The position numbers were made by a program, and so were the translations under genes. A DNA stretch of 63,609 nucleotides, filler included, from Reclinomonas americana ATCC 50394 (lineage: Eukaryota): the NCBI GenBank assembly GCA_048213135.1. It is 8 parts of 3 records of this genome, joined end to end, with 100 filler letters (N's around TTAATTAATTAA, not from the genome) between each part and the next. Parts side by side here need not be neighbours in the genome. Positions count along the whole stretch, not along the records: positions 8,043 to 17,068 come from PS015322.1; positions 17,169 to 23,598 come from PS015322.1; positions 23,699 to 28,500 come from PS015322.1; 5 more parts are not named here. One strand, written 5' to 3'. Positions 12,901 to 24,536 of the stretch are shown in pieces. The number at the start of each line of letters is the position of its first letter. The stretch's first letter is position 1. The notes below the pieces were generated by a model that was not told the origin of the DNA, did no database searches, and was given only the letters and a program-made list of their open reading frames with translations.

Positions 12901-15900
12901 GCACACACACACACACCGAATACACACACAGACAGACAGACAAACTGACAGGCAGACAGATAAGGAACGAAGGAGTGAGAGGTACAGAGAAGGGGGCGAT
13001 TGAGAAGGGAACAGGTAGCAAACAAGCTGAAACAGAGTGTGTTTGGTGATTCAAAGGGGAACAGGCAGCACAGCAGCCGCAACGGAAGACACACACACAC
13101 ACACAAGAAGTGACACAAGGAAGAGCAGGAGTAAACACGCACCTCCATCTGCGCTCTCTCTTCCTCCTCCTTCCCGTCGTCATCCTCGGAGGCTTTGCCG
13201 GCCGTCGACGGAGCAAGCAGCCGCTTCACGATCATCGCCTCCACCTCACCTCTGCACACACATGAACATGAGTTCCTCACGCCAAACAGACATGACAAAC
13301 AATCGCGACACACACACACCGCAAGCCAGTCTCCACCGTGGCGAGCGCATGGAAGATCATGCGCGGAATGGCAGCCAATCGGCCAGTCGTGGTGACCACC
13401 TCGCTCTCCTCATTGCCGGCATCGTGAAGCGACCGCATCACCAGCGAGCGGTACACGAGAGCCAGGCGCTTCATCGCTGCCTTGCGCACTGTCGACTGTG
13501 ATGAAAAACGGTGAGGATTAGGAGCGGCAATGAGAGACTGGCACTTAAAGAACACACACCTTCTTGTCTCGCACACAGCGCGCGAGACCGTCGGGGCCGA
13601 AAAACGACGACGGCACATTGTCGGGATTGCTCTCCAGTGTGTCGCACACGACAGAGACGGCCACGGCACGGCAGTCGGCGTCCTGGTCCTTTAGTCGGAC
13701 GAACACGCGATCTGGAGGGAGGGGGAAGGAGGGGAGAGTGAGGGAGAATGAGGGAGAAGGGAGGAGAAGGGAGGGGAAGGGGGGAGAAGGGAGGGAGAAG
13801 GGAGGGAGAAGGGAGGGAGAAGGGAGGAGAAGAGAGAGAAGGGAAGATGTAAAGTGAGAGAAATGCGAGGGGGCGAGAGAAAGGGGGGAGAAGCGATGAA
13901 GCAGGACGAGAAGCAAGAAGGGAAGATATAAAGGGAGAAACACGAGGGGGACGAGAGAACGGAAACTGAGGAGAAGGAAGGGAAAACCGGGAGCAGGGAA
14001 GAGAAGAAGAGTGAAGAAGGAAGCAGAATGACAGGAGAAGGAACAAGCAGACAAGCGGAGTGAATACGCGACCGGAGGTGAGGCGAGCGTCGAGGAAGGT
14101 GAGAAAATGGACGGCGAAGGGGGCACATAAGAAAAAAGAAACATGCCAGATGAGAGGACTGCGAGAGGGGAGGACAGACAGACATGTCGGTAACAGTTCA
14201 CGAAACAGCATGGAATAGAGAAGAACGGAGCTGGATAAAATGGAAGACAAGCAAACATGCACTCAAGAAGAAAAAAATAGAACAAAGGAGAGCCAGGGCA
14301 CGCAACCGAGCAAATCGCGGACGGTCGTCGGATGATTCTTCATCATCTCCTGCGTCCACAGCAGCATGAGACGCCGAATCTGGCTGTCCTGCTCGTCGTT
14401 GAGCAGCAGCTTGAACTACAATGCCACCCCGTGTCAGCGCTGCGCTGCGAGCTTCTGAAACTCGGATGACAATCATCGCACCTGCATGTAGAGCGACTCG
14501 AACGTCGTGTGCATGGAGCTGCGTGCGTCGGAGAACAGGCGCGCCAGCAACTTGCAGACGCGAAAACGGTCGGTGCTGGCCGATGACTGGGTTTGTGAGG
14601 GAAAGAGGTGAGGGATGAGAGTTGATGGTTGTGCACAGACGGAAGAAGACGCACCTCGAGGGCCGGAACCAGGAACGGCATAATGTACAACAGCAGCTGC
14701 GACGACACGGCATTGATTTCGACAATCAGCGATTCCAGTTTCTTGCGCCCGGCCTTGTCCTTGGCGTCGAGGCGATCCATTTCCCCGCGGACGTACCTGG
14801 TGTGTTGGTGAGAATGAATGATTAAGAGGGCAGTCAGCGACGATAACGCAACTCGGCCACAGCCTTTGCCGTAATGTTGGAGGTTTGCTGCACGACTGTG
14901 CGTGCCAAGTCAAAGGCGGCGTAGTTGTCGGTCTGTGCGCGAGAGTGAGAAGAGGTATTGACAGTGGCAGGGAAGGAGAGAATGCATTCAACCTTTTCCT
15001 CCACCGTCAAATGCGGCAGCACCCTCCGCATGTACTCAATCGCCCTCTCGTCTCCGTCATCCGACGGCTCCTCGACCAGGGCAGAGATGAGTGCGGCCAT
15101 GTTCGTGGCGACCGCAGCAGGGAAGCGCACACTGTGTGGAAATGAGGACAAAAAAGGAATGCACACAACGGTGGAGGGGACGGGACGCAACTCGGCAATG
15201 GTAAACAGGCGCTCGGTGAGATCAAAGAGCAAATCCTCGGCATTCAAGTCGGGATCGGTGAGCAGCAACAGCGCCTTCACCAGGGCCATGCGTTCGAGCA
15301 GGCGGGCGCGCAGCTGCATGACTTCGCTGTTGTCGTCGGCTTGCAGCGAGAGGATCTCCTCGATGACGAGGTGGAAGATGGTCTGTGGTGGAATGTGAGG
15401 GTCAAAAGAGGGTTGAGGGAAAGGGGGGACGAACCATCAGCTGCTCGTCGTCGAATGGGTGCTCGGGGGCACCAATGCGCAGCACTTCGGCGACGAGGCA
15501 GGCGGCGGAGGCGCGGACGACCTGCAGAGAAGGGAGAAGGGAGCGTGAGGGGATAGGGGAAGGAAGGGGGAAGTGAGCGGAAGTGAGGGGAAGGACGAAG
15601 GACGGAAAGAGGGGGAGTATGACAGGAGAGAGAGGAGAGAGAGGGAGAGAGAGAGGGAGAGCGAGAGAGGGAAAAAAGAGAGAGGAAGTGAGGAGGAAGA
15701 AGGAGAATGGACGAAGGGGGCAAGATGAAGAGAAGAGGCTTTCTGCATTCTTAAAGCCACTTGCTCGGAACATGAGTGAGGAAGAGGAAGAAAGGAAGCA
15801 TGCATTGCTGAGATACTTGCTCGGAACAAGAGTGAGGAAGAGGAAGAAAGGAAGCAAAGTCTGAGAGGAAGCGATCATCTGCCTTCATACATCCACTTGC

Positions 15901-16434
15901 ACCGAACGAAGGTGTGGGCAGGCAGAGGATGCTGCCATCTGCTGTTTCGAAGCCACTGCTCCGAGCAAGGGAGAGGTGCAAGAGGAGGAGACGAAGAGCG
16001 CGGAATTGAGAGACTGAGACAGCGACCGAGAGGGAGAGGGAAAGAGAGGAAGCCGTCTGCATTGTTAAGCCCTTACATTAGCCCCTCCCCCCCTTCCCCT
16101 ATTGCAACATACCTCACTCTTGCTCTCCGTGATGCTCTTGCTGGCCAACGCCACCACAAAGCCCTGCTCAAACGGNNNNNNNNNNNNNNNNNNNNNNNNN
16201 NNNNNNNNNNNNNNNNNNNNNNNNNNNNNNNNNNNNNNNNNNNNNNNNNNNNNNNNNNNNNNNNNNNNNNNNNNNNNNNNNNNNNNNNNNNNNNNNNNNN
16301 NNNNNNNNNNNNNNNNNNNNNNNNNNNNNNNNNNNNNNNNNNNNNNNNNNNNNNNNNNNNNNNNNNNNNNNNNNNNNNNNNNNNNNNNNNNNNNNNNNNN
16401 NNNNNNNNNNNNNNNNNNNNNNNNNNTCTCTCCT

Positions 16435-16487
<53 letters not shown>

Positions 16488-16705
16488 CGCTCGCTCTTTC
16501 ACACATGCAAACACTCTCCGTCAAAGTGCACGCCATGTCACACACACTCTCTTGTCTCTCTCTCTCACACAGACACAGAGTCTCTTTGTCTCTCTGTCTC
16601 TTTCTCTCTTTCTATCTCTCTCTGTTATCACTCAACTTGCAGCACTTCGATCAGAGCTTTCTCTGACTTTCGAGTCACATCCTTTGCGGAATATACACGC
16701 GACAT
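6088..16705 (-). CDS. PDS5: Sister chromatid cohesion protein PDS5 (HEAT-repeat cohesin regulator), multi-exon, with a repetitive Lys/Ala/Gly and acidic C-terminal tail
   Basis: Spliced exons give PDS5-like motifs VVRASAACLVAEVLRIGAPEHPF, LLERMALVK, AFDLARTVV, RVCKLLARLF, RDKK|STVRKAAMKRLALVYR, ILRTAAAKCVFRI, FPELQLPHLVHLLAHH and MVCDVA. Exon 1 is 16705-16637 (MSRVYSAKD...), one exon is cut by the gap at 16176-16426, and the stop is at 6088. Confidence 0.9.
7987..7998. other. Artificial scaffold linker TTAATTAATTAA within N padding (also at 17113, 23643, 28545, 32544, 40622, 62518)
   Basis: Identical 12-mer with stops in all six frames, centred in 100-nt N blocks. Confidence 0.95.
9130..9280 (-). 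pseudogene. Isolated WD40 repeat (about 1.2 units) of the same family as 1129-2240, inside a PDS5 intron
   Basis: Translates SEVYYVIVTPCGQHVISGSEDNRLRMWSLASGTVVQQLEGHTDWVTAVTV. The flanking PDS5 exons join in frame without it. Confidence 0.75.
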
Positions 16706-16833
16706 GATCGATTCTCTCTCTCACAAACACACAAAGAGACAGAGAGAGAGAAACAGAGAGAGAAATACAGTCACACACAGAGAGAGAGAACAAGTCAGTC
16801 TTTCTCTCTCAGTGTTTGTGTCGTAAAAGTGCG

Positions 16834-16874
16834 ATTGGCGGGAAGCCAATGGTGCTCGCGGTTGGCTTTCCCGC
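16834..16874 (-). promoter_or_regulatory. Putative PDS5 promoter: E2F-type sites TTGGCGGGAA and TTTCCCGC plus CCAAT boxes
   Basis: TTGGCGGGAA at 16835-16844, ATTGG at 16834, CCAAT at 16846-16850 and TTTCCCGC at 16867-16874, all 130-170 bp upstream of the ATG at 16705. Confidence 0.55.
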
Positions 16875-17767
16875 GTGTCGATGTCGACGTTGGGTTTCCG
16901 GAGCAACAACAGCAGCTTCAACTCAGCAACACAGCTGCATGACTATGAAGAGCACCATCGCGAGTGAGAGAAAGTAACAACAACAATAAATTCATTCACC
17001 AGCAAACAAGCAACAGCTGTCTTGATCATGATGGTCAATTGCAAGTTCAACCAATTGCAACAACAACANNNNNNNNNNNNNNNNNNNNNNNNNNNNNNNN
17101 NNNNNNNNNNNNTTAATTAATTAANNNNNNNNNNNNNNNNNNNNNNNNNNNNNNNNNNNNNNNNNNNNCCAAACAGCAACACAGCTGCATCATGATCACC
17201 ATCTTGAGTGAGCACCAGAAACTCAGACATCACGGAAAAAAGCGAGGAAAAAGTCGACATGGCTAATACTGGCGTTTCTGCAAGAGAAACCACGACAACA
17301 GCAGCCAACAAGCACGCAAGCAACAGCATGATCAATTGCAAGTCCTACTGACAACAACAATTCATTCACCAACAAACAAGCAACAGCTGTATACGTGCAT
17401 ATCTTGATCCGTATCCAAAACATCAACACAGACACCAATCTTGAGGCAGCAGCAGGTTCCTTGTATGTGTGTGTTCGCTCTCGAGCTCGGAGCTCCGAAC
17501 AAGTCGAGAACTGCGATCTTCACCGCATAAGCGAGGTTGAACAGTGGATTTGACGCACTTGCATAGACGCAGAGCGTGTTCTGCGATCGTACACGGCATA
17601 TCGAATTCGGGAAAAGGCCATAAGCCAGGCAAACAAAGCAAAGCTGGGTCCGGATCTCTTGACCCTTGAACCTTGGCCCTTGACCGTACAAAAACAACAC
17701 CCATTCATTGCGTGAAAAATATAACCTCACCACCGTGAAACAGCGCCGCGCTTCGCGCGACTGGCGA

Positions 17768-20700
17768 TCACCGGCGCTTCGGACTGGTGTTGCTGGCCTT
17801 TTTCCCGACCTGTGGGAGTCGCACGAACACGTGAGCAACGCAACATCTGTGACATGCGTGTGATTGTGTGCATTTGTTACCTTGGCGCGCGCCAGCGTGA
17901 GTTGTTTCCTGGCGGTGAAGTAGGCAAGCTGCGCAGATCAATTCGTGAGTGCTTGCTCTGTGTCACCCGTGCTCTCTCATCATGCTAGGGCAGCGTGTCA
18001 TGGCTTGCTCCGTGTCACCTGTACTCTATCATCATGCTTTCTCTCTCCCTCCCTCTGTCTTCCCACAAACTCACCGCATCCGGGTCACGCTCCATAATCT
18101 TCTGCATCTCCATCTGATCAAATCTCTCGCCATCGTCCAGGGCATCCTGTTCGCGCAGCACATTAGTCGCTGCACACAATCGACATCACTCTTCTCGCAT
18201 GCCGCACCTCTGAACCACTGGCGCCGCTGCCGCTGGGACCAGCGCCTTCGTCGGTGGGCTGCTGGCGATCGAATGGCGGCTGGCCGTATTGCGCAGTGTA
18301 CCTGGAGTGACGAGTTAGGACAGAGAGATGACAGAGAAGGAAGAGAGAAAGATGCACAGAGACGGATAGATGCACACACTGGACACCTTGAGGCACACAA
18401 AGACAGACACACACATACATACTCGCAATGGCATTTGAGATACACAAGAAAACACAAGCACACACTCAAGAGCACGTCATACACAAACATAAACACACAC
18501 CTGACACATACATACATACATCAACGCAGCCACACATAAAGACACAGTCACGAATGCACATGCATACAAGTCCAGTGACAACCAGTGTTCACTTGTCTCC
18601 CTCTCGCTCTCTCTCCCTCTCGCTCTCTCTGACACACACACGCACTTCCCTTCTCCCTTGCTCTGTTCTCTTCTCTCATTTGCACTCGTTCCTTGCAGTC
18701 ACTCCCTTCCTCTTGCCTTCTCGTCTCACTCTTCACCTTCTCCCTCCCCCCTCTCACGCACACCCAAGAGATACAAACAAGACAACGGCGCGCAAAGAAA
18801 TGTACTGTCGCACACACACACACACACGCGCGCACACACACACACGCACACACACACACACAACAACAACAACAACAAACGCACACAAAAAACGCAATTT
18901 CCCTTCCATTCCCCTCCCCCTTCCCCTTTTTCCTCACCAGCTCTCAAACTCCGCCACCAGCCGCTCCCTCGCCGCCGGCAACAAATTATTGCCGACATAA
19001 TCCGACTCCCGCTTCACCTCCTTCATATTCTCAAAGGCCTCGCGATACGACTTCTTCACCTCCTTCATCTCGCGAATGTAGCCAAACTCCTCCTCGTCAA
19101 TGACCATGTCGTCCGAGTCGCCGCCACCTGCAGGGACGGGGAGATGAGTGACATGGAAGAGTGAGAAGAGGCGATTGAAGCCAACGAAAGAAGAGGCACC
19201 ACCACAACATGAAGAGATGCGCAACAAGCATTCTCTCCTGCCGTCCCTGTTCTCGCTCCTCTCGTCTTCACATCTGTCTGGTGCTCCGCAGCGCTCCCTG
19301 TCACTCTCACACTCTCTCAATCCCATCTCTCTGACTTTTTCTGTCTCCCAAAGCCTCTCTTCTGCCCGTTTTCGCATTCCAGCTGTCAACCCCCAACTCT
19401 CTCTCACTCCACTGACTTTCTATCTCAATGTCTCACTCCTGCCTCTATTCTTTCTCTCTCTCCTTCTCAACTGTCACTTCCTACCCAGCCCTCTCGTCGC
19501 CTGTCTCAATCATTCTCTCTTTCTCTTGCTTTCTCTTTCTCACGGACTCAGCAATCCCTCATCTCTCTCTCTCTCTCTCTCTCTCTCTTTTCTTCCCTCT
19601 CCTCCCTTCTCCTATCCCTTTTCTCTATCTCCTCCCCCCTTCTCCCTTTCCCTTCTCCCCTGCACCCACCCATGGCCTCGCGCTGCTCCTGCTTCATCTG
19701 AATGAGATCGCGTAGCTCGTCGATGCGCCGCTTGTAGTCGTTGACCTGCATCGCCATCTGCTTGCTCTGCACCTTGGTCTCCTTGGCGGTGGCCATGTGC
19801 TTCTTCACCAAGTCGAACAGCTCGGCGCCCGCCGTGCGCGTAAACTCATTGTAGGCCGTCTTCTGATCCGGTGGCGGTGGCGGTGGCGCCGGTGCAGCGG
19901 CGACCGGAGCCGGCGAGCTCACCACACCACTGGTCTCACCCGCGTCCTCGGCGGCCGCCGACGCCGCACCCTTCTTGCCCGACTTTGGTCGATCCTTGCC
20001 CGCCGGCTCCGCCACCTTCCCCTTCTTGCCGCCCTGCAACGATGCCGCGGGCTGTGGAAGGCCGAGGTGAGACGGACGCAAGGGTTGTAAGAGAATTGTT
20101 ATGGACAAGAAGGCAGACGCACCGCAGCCACGCCGAGACCGCCAAGACCTGCCGAAGCATCGACCTCGCCGACGCCATCGTCGCGCATGCCAGCAGCGGC
20201 ACCAGACTGTTGTCCAGGATGGTGGAGTGAGTGAGATAACATTGAAAGCGAGATAGACGAGAAATCGACGAAACTGCAGAGGCGCCACCGTCGGTACGAT
20301 CCTGCAACACGTACTGCCGTCGCAGCCGCTGCTCCACCTCCACCTCCATGTTGCCGTAGAGAATCTTGAAGACGCGGAAGAGCTCTCGCACGTGTCGCAG
20401 GTTGACAATCTGGATCGCCAGTGTTGGCGCGCCATTTTTACAAGGCAGAGAATGGGACAGGAACTCACATCAATCTCCTCGACTTTGCCCGTCAGGTAGG
20501 CGCGCGCCTGCTCCTCCAACTCCAGGCGTTGCTCCTGTGATTGGCGGTGTCAGACATGTGCCAGGAGGGAAAGAGGGAAAGAGGGAAAGAGGGAAAGAGG
20601 GAAAGAGGGAAAGAGGGGAAAGAGGGAAAGAGGGAAAGAGGGAAAGAGGGAAAGAGGGAAAGAGGGAAAGAGGGGAAGAGGGAAGAGGGGGAAGAGGGGG

Positions 20701-23700
20701 AAGAGGGGAAAGAGGGGAAAGAGGGGGAAGAGGGGAAAGAGGGAATGAGAGAAAGAAGGAATAAGGGAATGAGAGAAAGAGGGAAGGGGAATGACAGACA
20801 GACAGACATACAGACAGACATACAGACAGACAGACAGACAGAGAGAAAGAGAGACGAAGGGAGCGCAAGAATGGGGCGAAATCAACGTAGCTCAGACTCT
20901 TTCTCTCACATCTCACACACAAGCGTTTCTTTCTCTTTCTCTCTCTGCGAATCTAATTCCTACTCTGTCACTGCGTGTATCTACGACTCTCCATTGACTC
21001 TCTCTCTCTCTCTCTCACAGAGATGCAGGCTTCGAGTCACAGAACGAGAGAGAAGAAGAAAAATGATAGTATGCCAACCGGAAACAAATAGAGACCAACA
21101 GACACGCCCACAGGCACGCACACACACACACATACGCGTGCGCTCACACAAAAAGAAAGAAGAGGGAGTCGGGAGCAAGAGCAAGAGAGAAGTGAGACAG
21201 TGACAGTATAAGACACTGTGCGACAATCACTCTTGGACTCCCTCTGTCTCTTCGTTGCACACTTCCTCTAACATTGACACCGTCTTGCTCTGCTATCTGA
21301 CTCTTCACTTCAATACGATTTCACATCCCTCTCGGCCAAGTGTATCGCTTCCTTCCTCTTCTCTGCCTCCCTTCACCTTCTCTCTCTCTCCACGGGCGAA
21401 TCTCATTCACATTCTGTCACTGTTTGCTTTGCTTGTCTCTTTGATTCACTCTGTTTCCAATTACACTGTCATGTGTCGCACACCCTACCTCTCTGCCTCT
21501 CTTCACATTCTCTCTCTCTCTCCACTCCCTACTCCCCTTTTCCTCCCTCTCTCCCTTCCCCTCCCCCCTTCCCTTCCCCCTTCCACCACTCAACTGCCGT
21601 GTACGGCTCATACGCCACATGACTGCGCTGCGCCAGCTGATCATGCATCGCCAGCTCCTGCTTCAGCTCACGAATCTCGCGCTCCAGCTGCCGCACTTGC
21701 ATCACGGGGTCCGACTGGATATTCACCACCGCCTCGTTGGAAACACGCATCATGCGCTGTCCAAAGCGCAGCGTCGACACCGTCTCCTCCAGTTGCGCCA
21801 GCTCACCCCAAATGTTGGCCACCATCAGCGTCTTGCAGTTGCCGCCCAGCGAGTCCTTCAGCAGATACGTCAGCTTGCACTGGCGGTACGGCACGTGCTC
21901 GCGTGACGGATTCGACAGCGCCAGCACCACTTGCTCGAGGAATGACAGTGATTTGTTGATGTCTGAATGGACAACACCACAGTGAGGCACCATCTTTAGA
22001 AAGACAGATTTTCCGCGAACTACGCAACACATGGCCTCCTTCAGAATGGCGCCCTCCGAGTGCGTCTTGCTCACACGCTCACTGCCGGCCAAGTCGACGA
22101 GGTTGAGCTTGGAGCGCACGGCACGCTCCGACGACTCAATGCGCGAGCGCGCCTCGACGTGGACCTGGAACACGCAGTGCGAACGCGACGAGGCCTTGTT
22201 CAGCTGATGCTCCGCCACCGCGCGATTGGCCTCGCCCTCGAAGAAGAGCGTGAGCGCCTCCTCCTCATTCGCCGCCATGTGCTGACTGAGGCCGCGCACG
22301 AGAATGGTGCCTTGAAGAGGGGGGGGGGGAGAGATGAGGAGCTGGGGGGAAGGGAAGGGGAGAGTGGGGGACAAGGAAACATCTCGCACCAGAAGCGTCC
22401 TCCTGAATCTGCAACGAGTCCGCCTCCTCGCTGGCTCCGCTGCCAAACGTCGGCGACAGCAGATCAAACATGGTCTCGTTGTAGATCTCCAGATAGGAGC
22501 AGCGCACAATCACAGTCATTTCCGGGTGGTTCGAGATGTGGGCGAAAATGGCGTTGATGCAGCGCGGAATCAGGCCGCGGTATTCGTAGCTCGACACGCC
22601 ACCGCTCTGCGTGGAGGTGGGAGAAGGGGTGAGTGGAAGGGATGATGAGGGGAAGGACAGGAGCGGAGCGACTGTCGTATGCCGACATGACGAACAAGTC
22701 AAAAGAACGTATGGACAACTCAGAGCAAAGGCATGATGGGAAGGGAGTGGGTGACACGCGGAAAATTGAAGCGACCTAGAAGAAGCAAGTGCGCGAGGAA
22801 CAAGTTGCGACTGACACTGCGATGTGAGTGGAAAGAGGAGGACGGGCAGCGAAAGACAGAAACGGAGGTAGCAGGGTTCTCTCTATCTCTCTTTCTCTCT
22901 CTCTTCTCTCTGTCCCACCCCTTCCCCTTCTCCCTCCACCTTCCTCACCATCGTGAACGTCTTGCCCGCTCCCGTCTGCCCATACGCCAAAATCGTTCCA
23001 TTGTATCCCTGCAGCACCGCATCGACCGTCTCTCGCCCGCACTCCTCAAACACCTGCTCCTGACTCGTGTTGTGCAGCAGCCGGTCGAAACGGAACGAGT
23101 AGTCCTGCTGTTGATTGTTCACTGCGCCGGCCTCGCGTCGCGGAATGTGGACGTTCAGGGTCTGCGAGAGGGGAAGGGTGAGACGAAGAAGGAGGAGTGA
23201 GGAGTGATTGAGCGATAGCACGGGGGACAGAGAAAGGGGACAACGGAGGGAGGAGAGATTGAGTGAAGGAACAGTGGGCAAATGAGAGCGAGGGAAAGAG
23301 AAAGGGAGAATGAACGAGCATGTGAGTGCGTGCGTGAGAGAGAGAGAGGGAAGGCGAGAGGAGGTGACTGAGGGGGAGAGAATGAGTTTGTGAGTGAGTG
23401 AGAGAGGGAGAGAACACGAAGGGAGAAGGGAGTGAGTATGGAGTGAGAACGTGAGTGGGAGAGGGAGAGTGCACGATAGCACGGGGAAAGAGAAAGGGAA
23501 GAACGCAGGGAAGGACGGATGAGTGAGGGAACAGTGATGGTAAGAGAGAGGGAGAGTGAACGAGTGTGCGAGTGTGTGAGTTTGTGTGTGTGAGTGACNN
23601 NNNNNNNNNNNNNNNNNNNNNNNNNNNNNNNNNNNNNNNNNNTTAATTAATTAANNNNNNNNNNNNNNNNNNNNNNNNNNNNNNNNNNNNNNNNNNNNTC

Positions 23701-23850
23701 ACACACACAAACACTCACTCTCTCTCCTTCTCTCTCTTCCCTCTGAGAGAGTCACGCAACTCGCCCATCTCCTTGAATACCCAGTGCATCAGTGGCAAAG
23801 TGCGCAGTCGGCCTCGTGCGCACAACCACCTTCACCGCAGACTTCACCAT
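17768..23850 (-). CDS. KIF9: Kinesin-9 (KIF9 / Chlamydomonas KLP1-like, flagellar central-pair kinesin), 14 exons
   Basis: Exon 1 is 23850-23761 ([15 protein letters not shown]). Motor motifs: [68 protein letters not shown]9 tail motifs: [32 protein letters not shown]. Ends ...SPKRR* at 17768. Confidence 0.92.
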
Positions 23851-23984
23851 TTCTCACAAAAGCAAACAAATACCAGCCGTTATAAAATCCGCCCGTCGAT
23901 CCAATCAGAGTGGTGGAAATCGGAAGAAGGAGGAAGGGGGCCTCTGTGGATAATACGCACATTGAAATGCATTACGCCTGGTGC

Positions 23985-23999
23985 GTTGCTTATGATAAC
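23985..23999. promoter_or_regulatory. Possible RFX X-box-like palindrome upstream of the flagellar kinesin
   Basis: GTTGCT-TAT-GATAAC resembles the X-box GTNRCC(N0-3)RGYAAC and lies 135 bp upstream of the KIF9 ATG. Confidence 0.3.
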
Positions 24000-24349
24000 A
24001 GTGCAGTCTTCTTTTACACGAGCGATCTGCATCGTCAAACATCAGTCGACCGAACGAACTGTGGAATTCGCAGCTTTGCCATGTGGTGGGTTCCTGCGTG
24101 CGCCCTTTCCTATCTTGCTCTCCACTCAGCGCACTCTGCGCATCTCCGTGTGCGTCTGTGCCGCATTGCAAGAGTTTCACCAGTCCATCGAACGGACCGT
24201 GAAAATCGCACTCCTTTTTTTACGCTTTGTGCGCTTCATTGCCACTCTGCGCGCCACTCTTTCCACAGTGTGCTTTGCTGGTCACGGCTGAGCGTGTGTG
24301 AAGTGCGTGTTTCTTTGGTCAGTTGACTGGAGTGGGCGGTGAATTGCAG

Positions 24350-24361
24350 TTTGGCGCGAAA
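24350..24361. promoter_or_regulatory. Overlapping double E2F site upstream of TOP2
   Basis: TTTGGCGCGAAA is the reverse complement of the classic DHFR-type TTTCGCGCCAAA element and lies about 175 bp upstream of the ATG at 24537. Confidence 0.6.
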
Positions 24362-24536
24362 AAATCGTAACGTTTCTTTTTTCTGTGTTTTCTGTGTTTG
24401 TGACGAGCAAAGAGGGTGTGTCTCGTGTGTGTGCCGCGTTCGAGTGTGCATCTGTTTTGTTTGTCTCTCTCTGTGTGTGTTTGTGTTGATTTGTGTGTGA
24501 GTGGTTGTGTGGATGTCGCGCTCTGCTCTGGCTCCC

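Noticed and set aside
11969..14285. Long ORFs rich in CV, LS, ER or THT repeats throughout the ORF track
   Set aside because: They are translations of intronic microsatellites, N runs or antisense shadows of real exons.
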